A stretch of 64,000 nucleotides of DNA from Octopus vulgaris (taxonomy: Eukaryota): assembly GCA_951406725.2 (NCBI GenBank), contig OX597838.1:3348001-3412000 (forward strand). The letters are read 5' to 3'. Shown in pieces: positions 51,285 to 64,000 of this stretch. The stretch's first letter is position 1. Each line of letters starts with the position of its first letter. The notes beneath the pieces are model-generated. The model saw only the letters and a list, made by a program, of their open reading frames with translations, was not told the DNA's origin and did no database searches. The translations under genes and the position numbers were made by a program.

Positions 51285-51692
51285 TCATAGAAATGGTGGT
51301 GGTGGTAGTGGTGGTGGTGGTGGTGAGAGTAGTAATAGAGTAATAGAAGTAACTGTAGTTGTACCAAGGTGGTGTTTGTGGTGGCTGTAGTGTTGGTCAT
51401 AGTAGCGTTTGGTTGTAGTAGTGGTAACAGTGGTGTTGGCAGTAGTGTCAGAAGAAGCCACAGTGGTGCTGGTGGTGGTGAAAGTAAGGAGAAAAACAGT
51501 GGGAGGAGGAGGTGATAGCTTAGGTGGTAGTAATAATAGTTAGCCAATGGTGGCAAGTGGTGGTGGTGGTGGTGGCAACAGGGACAGCAGGGGTGGGAAT
51601 GGTCAAGATGGTGGTGGTGGTGGTGGCAAAAGTGTAGAAACACTAAAGATGACCTGAAGATGAAGGAAAGTAATGCAGAACAAAACGAGGCT

Positions 51693-51734
<42 letters not shown>

Positions 51735-51885
51735 ATTATCGTTATCATTATTAATTATTATTATTATTATCGTTCTCCTCATTACTTTCCTGCTCTAACA
51801 CTGAAACACTTAGAAACGCAGTATCATTATTAAGTCCTACTTTGCAGCAACTGTATGTGTGTGTGTGTGTGTGTATTGCATAAGA

Positions 51886-51918
<33 letters not shown>

Positions 51919-52365
51919 CACACACACATATAAATATATATACATATACACACACATAGACATATATACACATACGCATATATATATATATATATACACA
52001 CACACATACACGTACATATACATACATATACACACATATATACATATGCATATATATATATACATATACAGATATATACAGTGTGTGTGTGTCTGCCTGC
52101 ACACACACACACACACACACACACAGGGAACAAAACATACTTGAAAATGATGACAAAACACATCTGCTTAAAACAAAACCAGATATCAAATTTATAGAGG
52201 CATAGGCATGGCTGTGTGGTTAAGAAGTTCACTTTCTAACCACACAGTTTCAAGGTTCAATTCCACTGCATAGCACCTTGAACTTTTTTTTTTTTTTTTT
52301 ACCTTTTAAGGCGCAGTATGCACAAATCTTTGTGAATAGATTTGGCAGGTGGAATCTGACAGAAG

Positions 52366-52622
52366 CTTAGTGATTAGGGTGTCGGACCCATGCTTGTAAG
52401 ATTGTGGTTTCGATTCCTGGACCGAGTGATGTGTTGTATTCTTGGGCAAACCACTTCATTTCACATTGCTCAGTCTACTCAGCTGTAAATAAGTCCCTGC
52501 AATGGACTGGTATTCCATTCAGGGGAAAAGTTGGCCTGTCCACTTAGCCCTCATTTAAAGGCTACAACAATGCAAGGAAGTGCACTGTGACCAGCAGTGT
52601 ATGAGACATCTGATAATCTAGT
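52366..52622 (+). mobile_element. SINE family C (body 2, tail 1), degenerate
   Basis: gtttcgattcc B box, gttgtattcttgggcaaaccacttcatttcac body 2, tcatttaaaggctacaacaatgc...tgtgaccagc tail 1. Confidence 0.65.
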
Positions 52623-52840
52623 TCAGGTGTTCTCAACTATTTGTTATCTATGGACCCCTTTCATTACTATTTTATTCTAGTGGGACCCCCCCCCCCCACA
52701 GCCATTCAATGCTTGAAAACTAGTTTTATAGAAACTTCTTTCAAAATTCCTATTTGGTTTCTCACACATTAACTTGTGTAGGTGGAACTTTTCATAAAAC
52801 GTTAGAGAGAAAGAAACCCAGCTGATTCTTGTAATTGATA

Positions 52841-53195
52841 CTCTTCTACTTGTTTTGGTCATTTGACTGCGGCCATGCTGGAGCACCACCTTTAGTCGAG
52901 CAAATCGACTCCAGGACTTATTCTTTGTAAGCCTAGTACTTTTTTTCTATTGGTCTCTTGCTGAACTGCTAAGTTACGGGGACATAAACACACCAGCATC
53001 GGTGGACAAACACAGACACACACATACATACATATATATATATGACGGGCTTCTTTCAGTTTCCGTCTACCAAATCCACTCACAAGGCTTTGGTCAGCCT
53101 GAGGCTATAGTAGAAGACACTTGCCCAAGGTGCCACGCAGTGGGAATGAACCCGGAACCATGTGGTTGGTAAGCAAGCTACTTACCGTGCAGCCA
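52841..53195 (-). mobile_element. SINE family B, full length
   Basis: Near-consensus reverse complement. Confidence 0.87.
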
Positions 53196-53301
53196 TAAGT
53201 TTTGAATTAAAATCTTTCACAAAACCTTAGTCACAATTTATGTTCCTAACACCAGCTAAATGATAACTAAGTTATTTTACTAAATCCTTTGTTATATTTA
53301 A

Positions 53302-53523
53302 CCGTTTTGATACCAACCTGGCTGAAACCGGCTCTGGGTCTCTAGCACAAATGTCTTGTTTTCATAAGTTTTGAATTAAAATCATCCACCAAACCTTAGT
53401 CACAGTTTATGTTCCTAACACCAGCTTAATGATAACTAAGTTATTTTACTAAATTCTTTGTTATATTTAAAATTAATTGAAAGAAACACAGAGCATCTCA
53501 AAATAAATACAGTAACGAAAGGG
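53302..53523. mobile_element. piggyBac-type MITE family E (preceded by partial duplicate 53196-53300)
   Basis: ttaa|CCGTTTTGATACC...AGTAACGAAAGGG|tta. Confidence 0.8.
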
Positions 53524-53527
53524 TTAT

Positions 53528-53759
53528 GGGTATTGCAAAAGGCCTGGTTGGAGGTCCAACCTTCTGAATTCTTTCACTGGCTGCAGCTCTGAGCTGAAAT
53601 TACAGAGAAAAAAAGGGGAGGGGGCTAAGAAAAACTGAAGGGTTACTGCAATAAGTGTGTGACTCTGAGAGGGGAATATGTTCAATAAAATCATAATTTT
53701 AAACTGATCTGCCTGTATTTTCTTTTATCCAAAGTCAGGAACTTTTCAGCACCTTATCA
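53528..53759 (+). mobile_element. Mariner-derived MITE, 5'-truncated
   Basis: aaaggcctggttggagg...gcaataagtgtgtg...caggaacttttcagcacc. Confidence 0.7.
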
Positions 53760-54804
53760 TAAAAGGAAGGACACACTGAATAACAAAGTCCCTAGGCACC
53801 CACTGAAAAACAAATGGATGCTTATGGCTGAGATGTCTTGATTACAGGTCTACTCAGTCATGGCTGACTAGGGTCAAACAAAGTGCAAAGAAGGCTTCCA
53901 GCTTGTTGTTCCATCTGCTAGAAACAACAGCCAAATCTCTCAAAAGCCACACCCTGTCAGTTTGAAAAAGAAAAAAAGAGAAGGACACATAGAACACATG
54001 GGGTCAGAGGAAGAGGAATATTGTCACAATGGAAGGTTTGTCATCAAAGGTCTGCTCACTTGGGGCTGTCCTGTGACCTACCCAACACACACACAATAGG
54101 GCTCTCCTGCCATACTGTTGCTCCCTCCACCACATGACCTTAACTGCTTCTTTTCAGACACACTCTTATGACCTCCACTGCCACACACAATACAACAGTT
54201 ACACTGAGTGATCTCCATCACACACACACACATACACACACATTAACATACACACACACATTCCCACTCACACACTCTCACATACACATTCCCTCTCATT
54301 CTCACACACACACCCTAAAAAGCTTGTATAAATCACCCAGCTTACTCAACACAGCAGCCAATTCACCCTCAATCACAAACTTCCTACAAGCTTTGAAAAA
54401 TAATGGCAGTGAGTGGGGTTTGTTCTGAGCAAGTGCTTCTCAAAGAGGGTGGTGCCACTCTCATTGGAAAGCTAAGGGAATCTCACAGGAATACAAGGAA
54501 CAAGGGAAAGCCATGAGGTGCATCTTTTACCTGTTTCAGTCACTGGATTGGGGCCATACTAGGGTACCACTCTGAAGGGTTTAAGTTCAACACAGCAACC
54601 CCAGAACATAATTTTTAAAGTCTGTTATTTATTCTATCTCTTTTGCCAAACTGTTAAGTTACAGAGGACATAAACAAACCGACACTGGTCGTCAAGCAGT
54701 GAAGAGGACAGACGAAGAGACACACATACATACTCTCTTTTATGTATGTATGGATGTGTGTGTGTATACATATATATATATGTATATATATGTGTGTTTG
54801 TGAA

Positions 54805-54951
54805 ACGGGCATGTCTGTGTGGTAAGAAGCTTGCCTCCCAGCCATATGGTTCCAGGTTCAGTCCCACTGCAGGGCATCTTTAGTGTCTTCTACTATAGCC
54901 TTTCTCTTGAATGGATTTGGTAGATGGAAACAAAGAAGTCAATCAAAAAAA

Positions 54952-54983
<32 letters not shown>

Positions 54984-55148
54984 TTGTACCCCTGCATTGC
55001 TTGACAACTGATGCTGGTGTGTTTACGTCCTCGTCACTTAGCGGTTCGGTAAAAGAGACCGATAGAATAAGTCCTGGGGTCGATGTGCTTGACTAAAGGC
55101 GGTGCTCCAGCATGGCTGCAGTCAAGTGACTGAAACAAGTAAAAGAAA
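54805..55148 (+). mobile_element. SINE family B
   Basis: Head to tail; an inverted family B 3' half lies just upstream (about 54525-54720). Confidence 0.83.
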
Positions 55149-55630
55149 AAAATACCAGAGCAGAATGCTAAAGAGTTAAAACCAATAAACAGGAGTCCTA
55201 GCAATAGAGCAAGGGCAAGATGCTAAGATAATATCCGTAGTCCTAGTTGGTCATGCTTGGAAATCCAGCCAGATAATCTTATGACAGCTGCTGCTGATAG
55301 GCCCCTATGGAGGAGGTGGCTGAGGGCTCTACCCCCAATGACCTTCCCAAGAACATTGGGCAGAGTAACAGGGTGAATGGGTTACCATCTTTTTGTTGAA
55401 ACGCATTGCTTTGTTTCATCCGATTTTGAAATTAAGGACTTAGTAAAATACCTTTTTCAGTATTGACCCTTTTGTTACCATATCTCTGTTGAAATACATT
55501 GTTTTTAGTTAAATTACTTTTGAGAATAATGAAGAGTTTAGTAAACAATTTTAATCATTTTTGAGCTGAAATGTTAACAAAAGGTTTTAATTCAGAACAA
55601 CTCTAACCCTTTAAGCATTTAAACCAGATA

Positions 55631-56078
55631 TGGAGCGCTAAGAGCACCATCCGAGCATGATTGTTGCCAGGGCAGCTAACTGGTTTCCGTGCCGGTGGCA
55701 TGTAAAAAGCACCATTCTAGCGTGATCATTACCAGCATAGACTTACTGGCACTTGTGTCGGTGGCACGTGAAAAAAACATTCGAGCGAGGTCGTTGCCAG
55801 TGCCACTGGACTGGCTCCTGTGCAGGTGGCACATAAAAAACACCATTTCAAGCGTGGCCATTGCCAGTACCGCCTGACTGGACCTCGTGCTAGTGGCACG
55901 CAAAAGCACCTGCTACGCTCTCGGAGTGGTTGGCATTAGGAAGGGCATCCAGCTGTAGAAACTCTGCCAGATCAAGACTGGAGCCTGGTGCAGCCATCTG
56001 GTTCGCCAGTCCTCAGTCAAATCATCCAACCCATGCTAGCATGGAAAGCGGACATTAAACGATGATGATGATGATGAT
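55631..56078 (+). mobile_element. Retroposon family D nested in family G MITE
   Basis: Four internal units and the common tail; MITE halves at 55607-55630 and 56079-56273. Confidence 0.82.
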
Positions 56079-56840
56079 CCGGCCCAAAAATTCTACTTGT
56101 TTTACGTTCTAACAGGCTATATCTGGCCTCTCACACCTACCCTACAAGGTTATTCCAAAAATAAACAATCACATCATTGGAACCTCAAAGCCACTAGATA
56201 ATCCCTGATTAATTCAAAACAATGTGAATAAATAAGCATTACGTGTGACAGAGTAATCTGAATGCTAAAGAAGTTTGAATCATAGACTCCTGGGGGGGAG
56301 GCAGTTTCAGAGAACATTGATATATACCAGTTTCAAATTCTGGCACAAGGCCCAGCAAGTTTTTGGGGGTAGGGGGCAAACCGATTTCATCGACACCCGT
56401 GTTCAACTGGTACATATTTCCTCGACCTCGAATGAATCAGTGGCAAAGTTGACCTTGGTGGAATTTGAACTCAGGACAGACGAAATGCTGTGCAGCATTT
56501 TACCGAGCATGTTACAGACTGATATATGACTAAAAAAAGGGCCAACTAATCAGACATTTTCTCACCTGTCACTATATTTGCCCTTTACCGTTCAGATTTC
56601 TCTGTCAGGTATAACGAATACATTGTCTCGTAGCTTCAAAATTTCAAACGATTTGATTTTATATTTTTAGAATGGCATTGTAGGGAAGGTGTGAGAAGCT
56701 GGATCTGGTTGGCTTGAACATAAAACTGCTAAAAAGGGTTAAGACGTCACTAACTTAACTTATTCTTCTGCGCAGATGACGCCCCTGAGTTAATTTCCTC
56801 TCGCAGTCACTATCATGTAAATGTTACTTTACCAGTTATG

Positions 56841-56876
<36 letters not shown>

Positions 56877-57149
56877 GTAAACCACCACTGCCTCCACCCC
56901 CACCCCCACACGACATACCTCCCACCCATCCACCCACACTATGACACACCCAATGTATGCAAACTCTTATTTGTTACGTCAGTAACAATCAAAATAGGAA
57001 ATCTAGTAGATTCTGTGTGTGCGTGTGCAGCATACGTGCAGCGTTAGCAGACAGGAACAGTACTTGTACGCATGTGCACAATACATGTGCGCAGTATGCG
57101 TTAGTGCACATACACAGTATTTGGGTGAAGACATTGTGTATGAGAGCAG

Positions 57150-57352
57150 CATGCATGCGCACACGCATATGTATATATGTTTATTTATTTTACACATACA
57201 TAAAACATGAATACAATATATATATATATATGTATATATATACAATATGCACACACACGCACATGTATACACATACGTACATATATACAATTAGACATGC
57301 ACACACATTTATACACATACACACATGCACATCTAGTTACATACATATGCGC

Positions 57353-57383
<31 letters not shown>

Positions 57384-57807
57384 CATACATATATATATAC
57401 ATACATATACATATATATATATATGTGTATATATATGTATGTATATATACATATATATACACACACACACACACGCGTGCAAATCAATGGCGTCATTAGA
57501 GTGACAAGAAGACCTTACAGTATTAGTTCATGATTTGCCAAGGTCAACTTAGCCTTCCAGCCATCTTGCAGAGTTGGTAAATCAAGTACCAGTCGTACGC
57601 TGGGGGTAAATTCTCTTTCTCTCGTCTACATTACAGTGTGAGAAGAAGACAGAGCAGGGAAAACCTCGGACAGGGTTCGTTTTCCCAGAAACCAAAAGAA
57701 AAGCCTTATGAGGGGTAGTTAACCCCTTTTCACAGAAAAACACTTCTGCTGCTGGAACTGTCTGAACCATGATGGCCCCAAGTGAAACAAAGAACAATAG
57801 TAAATAA

Positions 57808-57863
<56 letters not shown>

Positions 57864-58522
57864 GTATATATATATACACACACACACGTATGCTTACAGA
57901 CATAAATGCACATACATGTGTGTGTACGTGTATAAATACATATATATACACATATATACACACGCTGCACATACATATATGGATAGATGTGAATACATGT
58001 GCATATATATATATACATTTACAGATACATGTAAATATATGCGTGTATATGTATATATATATATATACACACACATATATATATACATTTATATATATAT
58101 ATATATACATGTACACGTACATATATACATACATGTGCAAATATATATACACACAAATATATATACATGCACACACACACACACATACATACATGTGCAT
58201 ATATACATGTACACACACTCGTATATATATGTGCACGCATATATATGTATATACTCATGTACACAAACGTATATACATACGTGTGCACATATATATAATT
58301 ATATATGTATACAAACACGTACACGTATATACAAACATGCGCATATATACATATACATATATACACATGTGCACACACGTACATGTATACACATATATAC
58401 ACACACACATACGCCAATGCATACATATACATGTATATAGTTATACATACATATAGCTATAACTATACTGATACATATATATAATACATATATACATCTT
58501 TTCACGTGTATGCATATGCATA

Positions 58523-58554
<32 letters not shown>

Positions 58555-58698
58555 ACTATATGGAGTGTATGTTTACTTCTCGGTGTAGGCACATCTGGAT
58601 GCATGTATATATGCACATGCGTGTGTATAACAAAATGCTGCACTGTGAGAGAGAGAGAGAGAGAAAGGGAGAACAAAGATACATATATATATAGATAC

Positions 58699-58729
<31 letters not shown>

Positions 58730-58796
58730 TATATACACACATATACATACACACACACATATACATACACACATATATATATATACATACACACAC

Positions 58797-58883
<87 letters not shown>

Positions 58884-58905
58884 CACACACACACACATGT
58901 ATATA
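57150..58905. repeat. Extended (TA/CA/TG) compound microsatellite fields
   Basis: Alternating purine-pyrimidine tracts at about 57150-57480 and 57810-58905. Confidence 0.85.
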
Positions 58906-60125
58906 CAGATAGAGAGAGGGGGGAGGAGAGAGAGAAAATATAGTGCAGGGGAAATTCTAAAAATCGGTTAGCTGCAGCTGCAGAATGCATAATCCGATTG
59001 AACAAGTGCAGGAAAATACACGAGAAGCAACTGGTGCTCTGGGTATTGCAGCATTGCAGCGAGGAAGGAGGGAAAGGAGGAGGAGAGACAAGACCAGATT
59101 GTGATGCACTGCCAACGCCAAGGGAGCACCGGAGTTGCCATACAACATGCTAAAAATAACAGTAAAATATTTCCTCAAACCACTTCTTAAAAAAATGGAA
59201 GATGCATTAAACAATGCAGTCAGGACACATCGCCAAAAAAAAAAAAAAAAAAAAAAAACGAAAGAAAAAAGACAGGGTGGTCACAGCTGGACTGTCTAAT
59301 CCTAACTCTTGATCAAGATGGAATTGGGACAAACAACAGCAAAATTATAGAAATAACAATTAAATTTCCCTCAAATAACACATCGATGTCTTAATGCAAG
59401 ACTAGTTGGCCACAACTGGAAAGCCTAAGATCACAATTCTACTTTAGGCCAGCCCAAGTAACAGCAACCCAATGATTGAATTTCTACATGGTTACACCTG
59501 TCATAATAAACATAGCAACCATATCTCCTTCAAATCTCAGCTTAACTCTTTGGCATTCGATCCGGCCGTATCAGGCTCAAATAGTCTAGCTGTTTTATGT
59601 TAAAATTGACCGGATCCCACCTCTCACACCTACCCAACAACGTCATTCTAAAAATATACTTAGACGCTAGTGAAATCTTAAAGCTACAAGAGGATGTGTG
59701 ATTAATTCAAAACAACGTGAATAAGCATTACATTTGACAGAGTAACCTGAATGCTAAAGAGTAAATCCAACCATATCTGGATGCTGAAAGGTTAGTTTTA
59801 AGTTGGAAAGATGCACAGGATGATGTAGTTTTAGATACACTACAGGCACGGGCCCAGGAAATGACTTTCTGAATGGAACCCCTAACTAAAAGATTACCCT
59901 CATTTTTTTTTAGTAGCTTTGTCTGCCTGATAACGATACATGTTTTGCGTGGCCCACTTCTTGAAAAGGGCTGCCTATGCCTGTGACTAAACCCTTCCCC
60001 AACATTTTTGCTGTTGGATCTCAATGGACCAATTCCATAAAGTGACCACTGTTTCCATTTGTGGCAGTCACTAAGCAGTTGAACAGTTCATATGTTGGTT
60101 TGCTTCTGGTCCATGTAACAGTTTT

Positions 60126-60363
60126 ATCATCATCATCATCATCATCGTTTAACGTTCGTATTCCATGCTAGAATGGGTTAGACTGTTCGACCAGGGTCTG
60201 GGAAGCCAGAAGGCTGCACCAGGCTCCAGTCTGATCTGGCAGTGTTTCTACAGCTGGATGCCCTTCTTAGCGCCAACCACTGTGAGTGTAATGGGTGCTT
60301 TTTACGTGCCAGGAGGTTGGCAACGGGTACGATCGGTTGGTGCCTTTTACGTGTCACTGGCAC
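60126..60363 (-). mobile_element. Retroposon family D, 5'-truncated
   Basis: (ATC)n, cgtttaacg...ttctacagctggatgcccttc...gctttttacgtgcc. Confidence 0.72.
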
Positions 60364-61019
60364 ACACACACACGCATAATGGGCTTCAGTGCAGTTTTCA
60401 TCTACCAATTTTCATTCATGTGGCATTGGTCAAACCAAGGTTACAGAAGAAGAAACTTGTCCAAGGTATTATTCAGTGGAATTGAACCCCAAAACCCATT
60501 TGGTTACAAAGTAAACTTCTTAACCGTGTTGCCATGTCCGCAACGGAGTGCCACTGAGTGAGAAAGAAGGGGAGGAGAGAGGGTGTAGTTTAGTCATCAA
60601 TCACTCGACCGTGATTGATTGCATCGGGTTACACAATACAAGTAGCAATCATAACTTGATACTCAACAAAAAGGAAAAAAAGAAAAATTTTTTTAGAAAT
60701 TTACAATTTTTTTCCTTTTGTGTCTCAATGTCTTACAATTTTGTGTGTCCTTGTTGCAATTCATCATCATCTTAACGTTTACTTTTCCATGCTTGCATGG
60801 GTTGGACAGAATTTGTCGAGGTGACTTCATTTCACCCCCACCCCCCGTCTCCTCCGAAGGACGAAATGCAATGGTTAACTTCAACAGGATTTGAAACCAA
60901 AATGTTAAATCCAGAGGAAAAGGTGGTGAAGCAGGATCTCTGAATGTTGGGTCCCATGGAAACAATGACAAATGATTGAGACATTCAGTGATGGGCTGTG
61001 CTCGAGAATACGTGTCAAA

Positions 61020-61580
61020 CCAAGTGAAATTGTAGTCATGGAGGGTGCCGGAGACATGTAAAAGACACCTGTGCTAGTGACACACAAGTAGCAATCATAC
61101 AGGTGATATGTAAAAGACACCAGTGTTGGTGACGTACAAAGAGCACCTGTGCCAGTGACACATAAAAAGTATACACAAAGGCAGTGCTCCAGCATGGCTG
61201 CAGTCAAATGGTTGAAACAAGTAAAAGAATAAAAGAATAAAAGAATTAAATACCGGTGTAATGTAAAAGGCACCCGTGCCGGCAGTACATTAGAGGCACT
61301 TGTGCCAACAGCATATCAGAGGCGCCCATGGCAGCGGCACGTCAGAAGCACTCGTGCCGACAGCACGTCAGAGGCGCTCGTGCCGGCAGCACATCAGAGG
61401 CGCTCGTGGCAGTGGCACATCAGAGGTACCTACCACACTCTTTGAGTAGTTGATGTTAGGAAGGGCATCCAGCCACAGAAACCAAGCCAAGAAAAACTGA
61501 AACCTGGCACAGCTCTCCAGCTTACCAATTCCAGTCAGATTGTCCAACCCATGCCAGAATGGAAAGCAGATGCTAAATGG
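61020..61580 (+). mobile_element. Family D variant with shortened internal repeats
   Basis: Roughly 31-35-bp and then 25-bp units around gtgcc(a/g)g, followed by the gttaggaagggcatccagcc...aacccatgccag tail. Confidence 0.68.
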
Positions 61581-61662
61581 TATTGAGGTTTATTATACTG
61601 ACTAGCTGTCCCCTTTTCAAAACTGCTGGCCTTGTGCCAAAAGCAGAAATATTAATAATAAC

Positions 61663-61706
<44 letters not shown>

Positions 61707-61709
61707 CAT

Positions 61710-61920
61710 TGGCAAGTTGGTAGAATCGTTAGCATGCTGGACAAAATGTTTAATGGTATTTTGTCCGTTGCTATGTTCTAAGTTCAAATTCCACTGAGGT
61801 CGACTTTGCTTTTCATCCTTTCGAGGTTAGTAACTTAAGTACCAGTGAAATACTGAGGTCGATGTAATCAACTTAGTCCCCTCTCTGCAAATTTCAGGCC
61901 TTGTGCCTTTAATAGAATGG
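61710..61920 (+). mobile_element. SINE family A
   Basis: ggcaagttggtagaatcgttagc...agttcaaattcc...gtcgactttgcttttcatcctttcg...ggccttgtgcc, flanked by (ATT)n. Confidence 0.75.
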
Positions 61921-62763
61921 ATTATCATTATTATTACTACTACTACTGTTATTGTTATTGTTATTATTATTATTATTATTATTATTTAACATCCTAGTTG
62001 AAAAATCTGACTGAAATAGCACAACTGTTGCATCAGCTGACCAAGTGACCGCAGCAGGAATCCATGCAGGTGGTATTGTAGTGTGGGCCACGTACTTACT
62101 GAAATATTTGTCAGTATTTCACTAAGTACGTGGGTTAGGTTAAACCAAAAAAACAAAAATTCTTTTTAAAATTAAACAAAAAAAAAAGGAAAAGAGAAAG
62201 TGAGTGAGTGAGTAGCAGCACTAAGGGCGGTCCGATGCTACATGCTGACACTCGACACGAAAAAAAATGTAAGTCAGTAGGAAAAGCTAATAATAACACC
62301 AACTACAACACTGCTAACACACTTCCTGCACTGCCAGTTGGCTAGGTCACATAACAATCTGGTGGTTGATTGGCTCTCAGCACCAGTAAATCCTGGCTGT
62401 CTTGGTAGCTCTGAAAAGAGCTTAGAAAGGCTAGGGCAAAAACCACCACACACACGACGACGACTAGCAGAATGTATATGTGAAGAGAAGACTCTTATCA
62501 CTGGTCTAATAATAGCTATGTAGGTAATTAGTTTGATGACCTCAAATGCGTAACTGGTATTTAAGCCTTTGCCGTTGAAACAAGCCATACTCAGCACAAA
62601 AGTTCTACCTGTTTTATGCTCAAACCGACCAGATCCAGGCTCTCACACCTACCCTAAACTGTCATTCTAAAAATAAACAAGTGCATCATTGAAATGTCAA
62701 AGCTATGAGATAATGCAGGATTAATTCAAAATAATGTCAATAAATAAGCATTACATTTGACAA

Positions 62764-63152
62764 TGTCCGCTTTCCATGCTAGCATGGGTTGGACGATTTG
62801 ACTGAGGGCTGGTAATCCAGAAGGCTGCACCAGGCTTCAATCTTGATCTGGCAGAGTTTCTACATCTGGATGCCCTTCCTAATGTCAACCACTCCGAGAG
62901 TGTAGTGGGTGCTTTTAAGTGCCACCGCCACGGGGCCAGTCAGGCGGCACTGGTAACGACCTCGCTCGAATCTTTTACACATGCCACCGGCACAGGTGCC
63001 AGTAAGGCGATGCTGGTAACGATCACGCTCGAATGGTGCCTTTTAAGTGGCACTGGCACGGAAGCCGGTTAGCCACTCTGTCAATGATCACACTCGTATG
63101 GTGCTCTATGCACCCTGCTAAAACGGACGCCAGTCATCGAATCTGATTTTGA
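62764..63152 (-). mobile_element. Retroposon family D nested in family G MITE
   Basis: Reverse complement of the family D tail and three internal units. Confidence 0.8.
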
Positions 63153-63270
63153 TAAGAGTTAATCCAACTATATCTGGCTCAAACCGACCAGATCCAGGCT
63201 CTCACACCTACCCTAAACTGTCATTCTAAAAATAAACAGTTGCATCATTGAAATATCAAAGCTATGAGAT

Positions 63271-63658
63271 ACTCTTTACTCTTTTACTTGTTTCAGTCAT
63301 TTGACTGCAGCCATGCTGGAGCACAACCTTTAGTTGAGTAAATCGACCCCAGGACTTATTCTTTGTAAGCCTAGTACTTATTCTATCGGTCTCTTTTGCC
63401 AGACCGCTAAGTTACGGGGATGTAGACACACCAGCATCGGTTGTCAAGCGATGTTGAGGGTGACAAATGCAGACATACAAACACACATACATATATACGA
63501 CAGGCTTCTTTCAGTTTCCGTCTACCAAATCCACTCAAGGCTTTGGTCGGCCCGAGGCTATAGTAGAAGACACTTGCCCAAGGTGCCATGCAGTGGGACT
63601 GAACCTGGAACCATGTGGTTGGTAAGCAAGCTACTTACCACACAGCCACTCCTACACC
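63271..63658 (-). mobile_element. SINE family B, full length
   Basis: Near-consensus reverse complement ending cacagccactcctacacc. Confidence 0.87.
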
Positions 63659-64000
63659 ATTGTATATAAAAACTTGTTTTCATACTTTTACTGTAGGAAG
63701 CAAATAGATCCTCTCAAAAATCCGTGGCCCTTAACTGTAGAAAGTAGTTTTATATATTAATCTATTGCTAAGGAATTTCATGTTTGAAACCACCTTTTGC
63801 TGGAATATGTCAAGTTTACCGAGGTAATGGGACGTGCAGAAAACGCCAATTCTATTTGTTTTGGCAGATATTTAACATAATTACTATAATAACCAAGAAA
63901 CTTAATTTCATGGCGAAAGGGTTAAAATTAGTTAATTACAACATTAAGAGAATAAGGAATGTCATCAATGTTGTAATCAACTTCGTCAGTGTAATCATTC

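Overview
This is animal genomic DNA, AT-rich and saturated with microsatellites and short transposons. The repeat families resemble octopus (coleoid cephalopod) repeats; that assignment is an inference. Almost all ORFs in the supplied track are microsatellite or SINE artefacts. The only convincing host coding sequence is missing from the ORF track: an 85-nt minus-strand exon (14280-14364) encoding (Y)[27 protein letters not shown](K), i.e. PTEN exon 2, preceded by a U12 minor-spliceosome branch site. I found neither exon 1 nor exon 3 by eye, so the window appears to be PTEN intron 2 (left) and a very long U12-type intron 1 (right). The introns hold a nearly intact Helitron Rep-helicase fragment, an RTE-type LINE 3' end, several SINE families with shuffled modules, piggyBac-, mariner- and hAT-type MITEs, and Helentron-type non-autonomous elements. 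The most novel-looking object is a tRNA-headed element whose 3' part carries a minimal hammerhead ribozyme. It is inserted as a Penelope-style inverted pair with a 14-bp target-site duplication (13271-13780), and further hammerhead-like motifs occur at 36666 and 16663. Repeat boundaries were read by eye and are approximate; family letters (A-G) are my own working labels.
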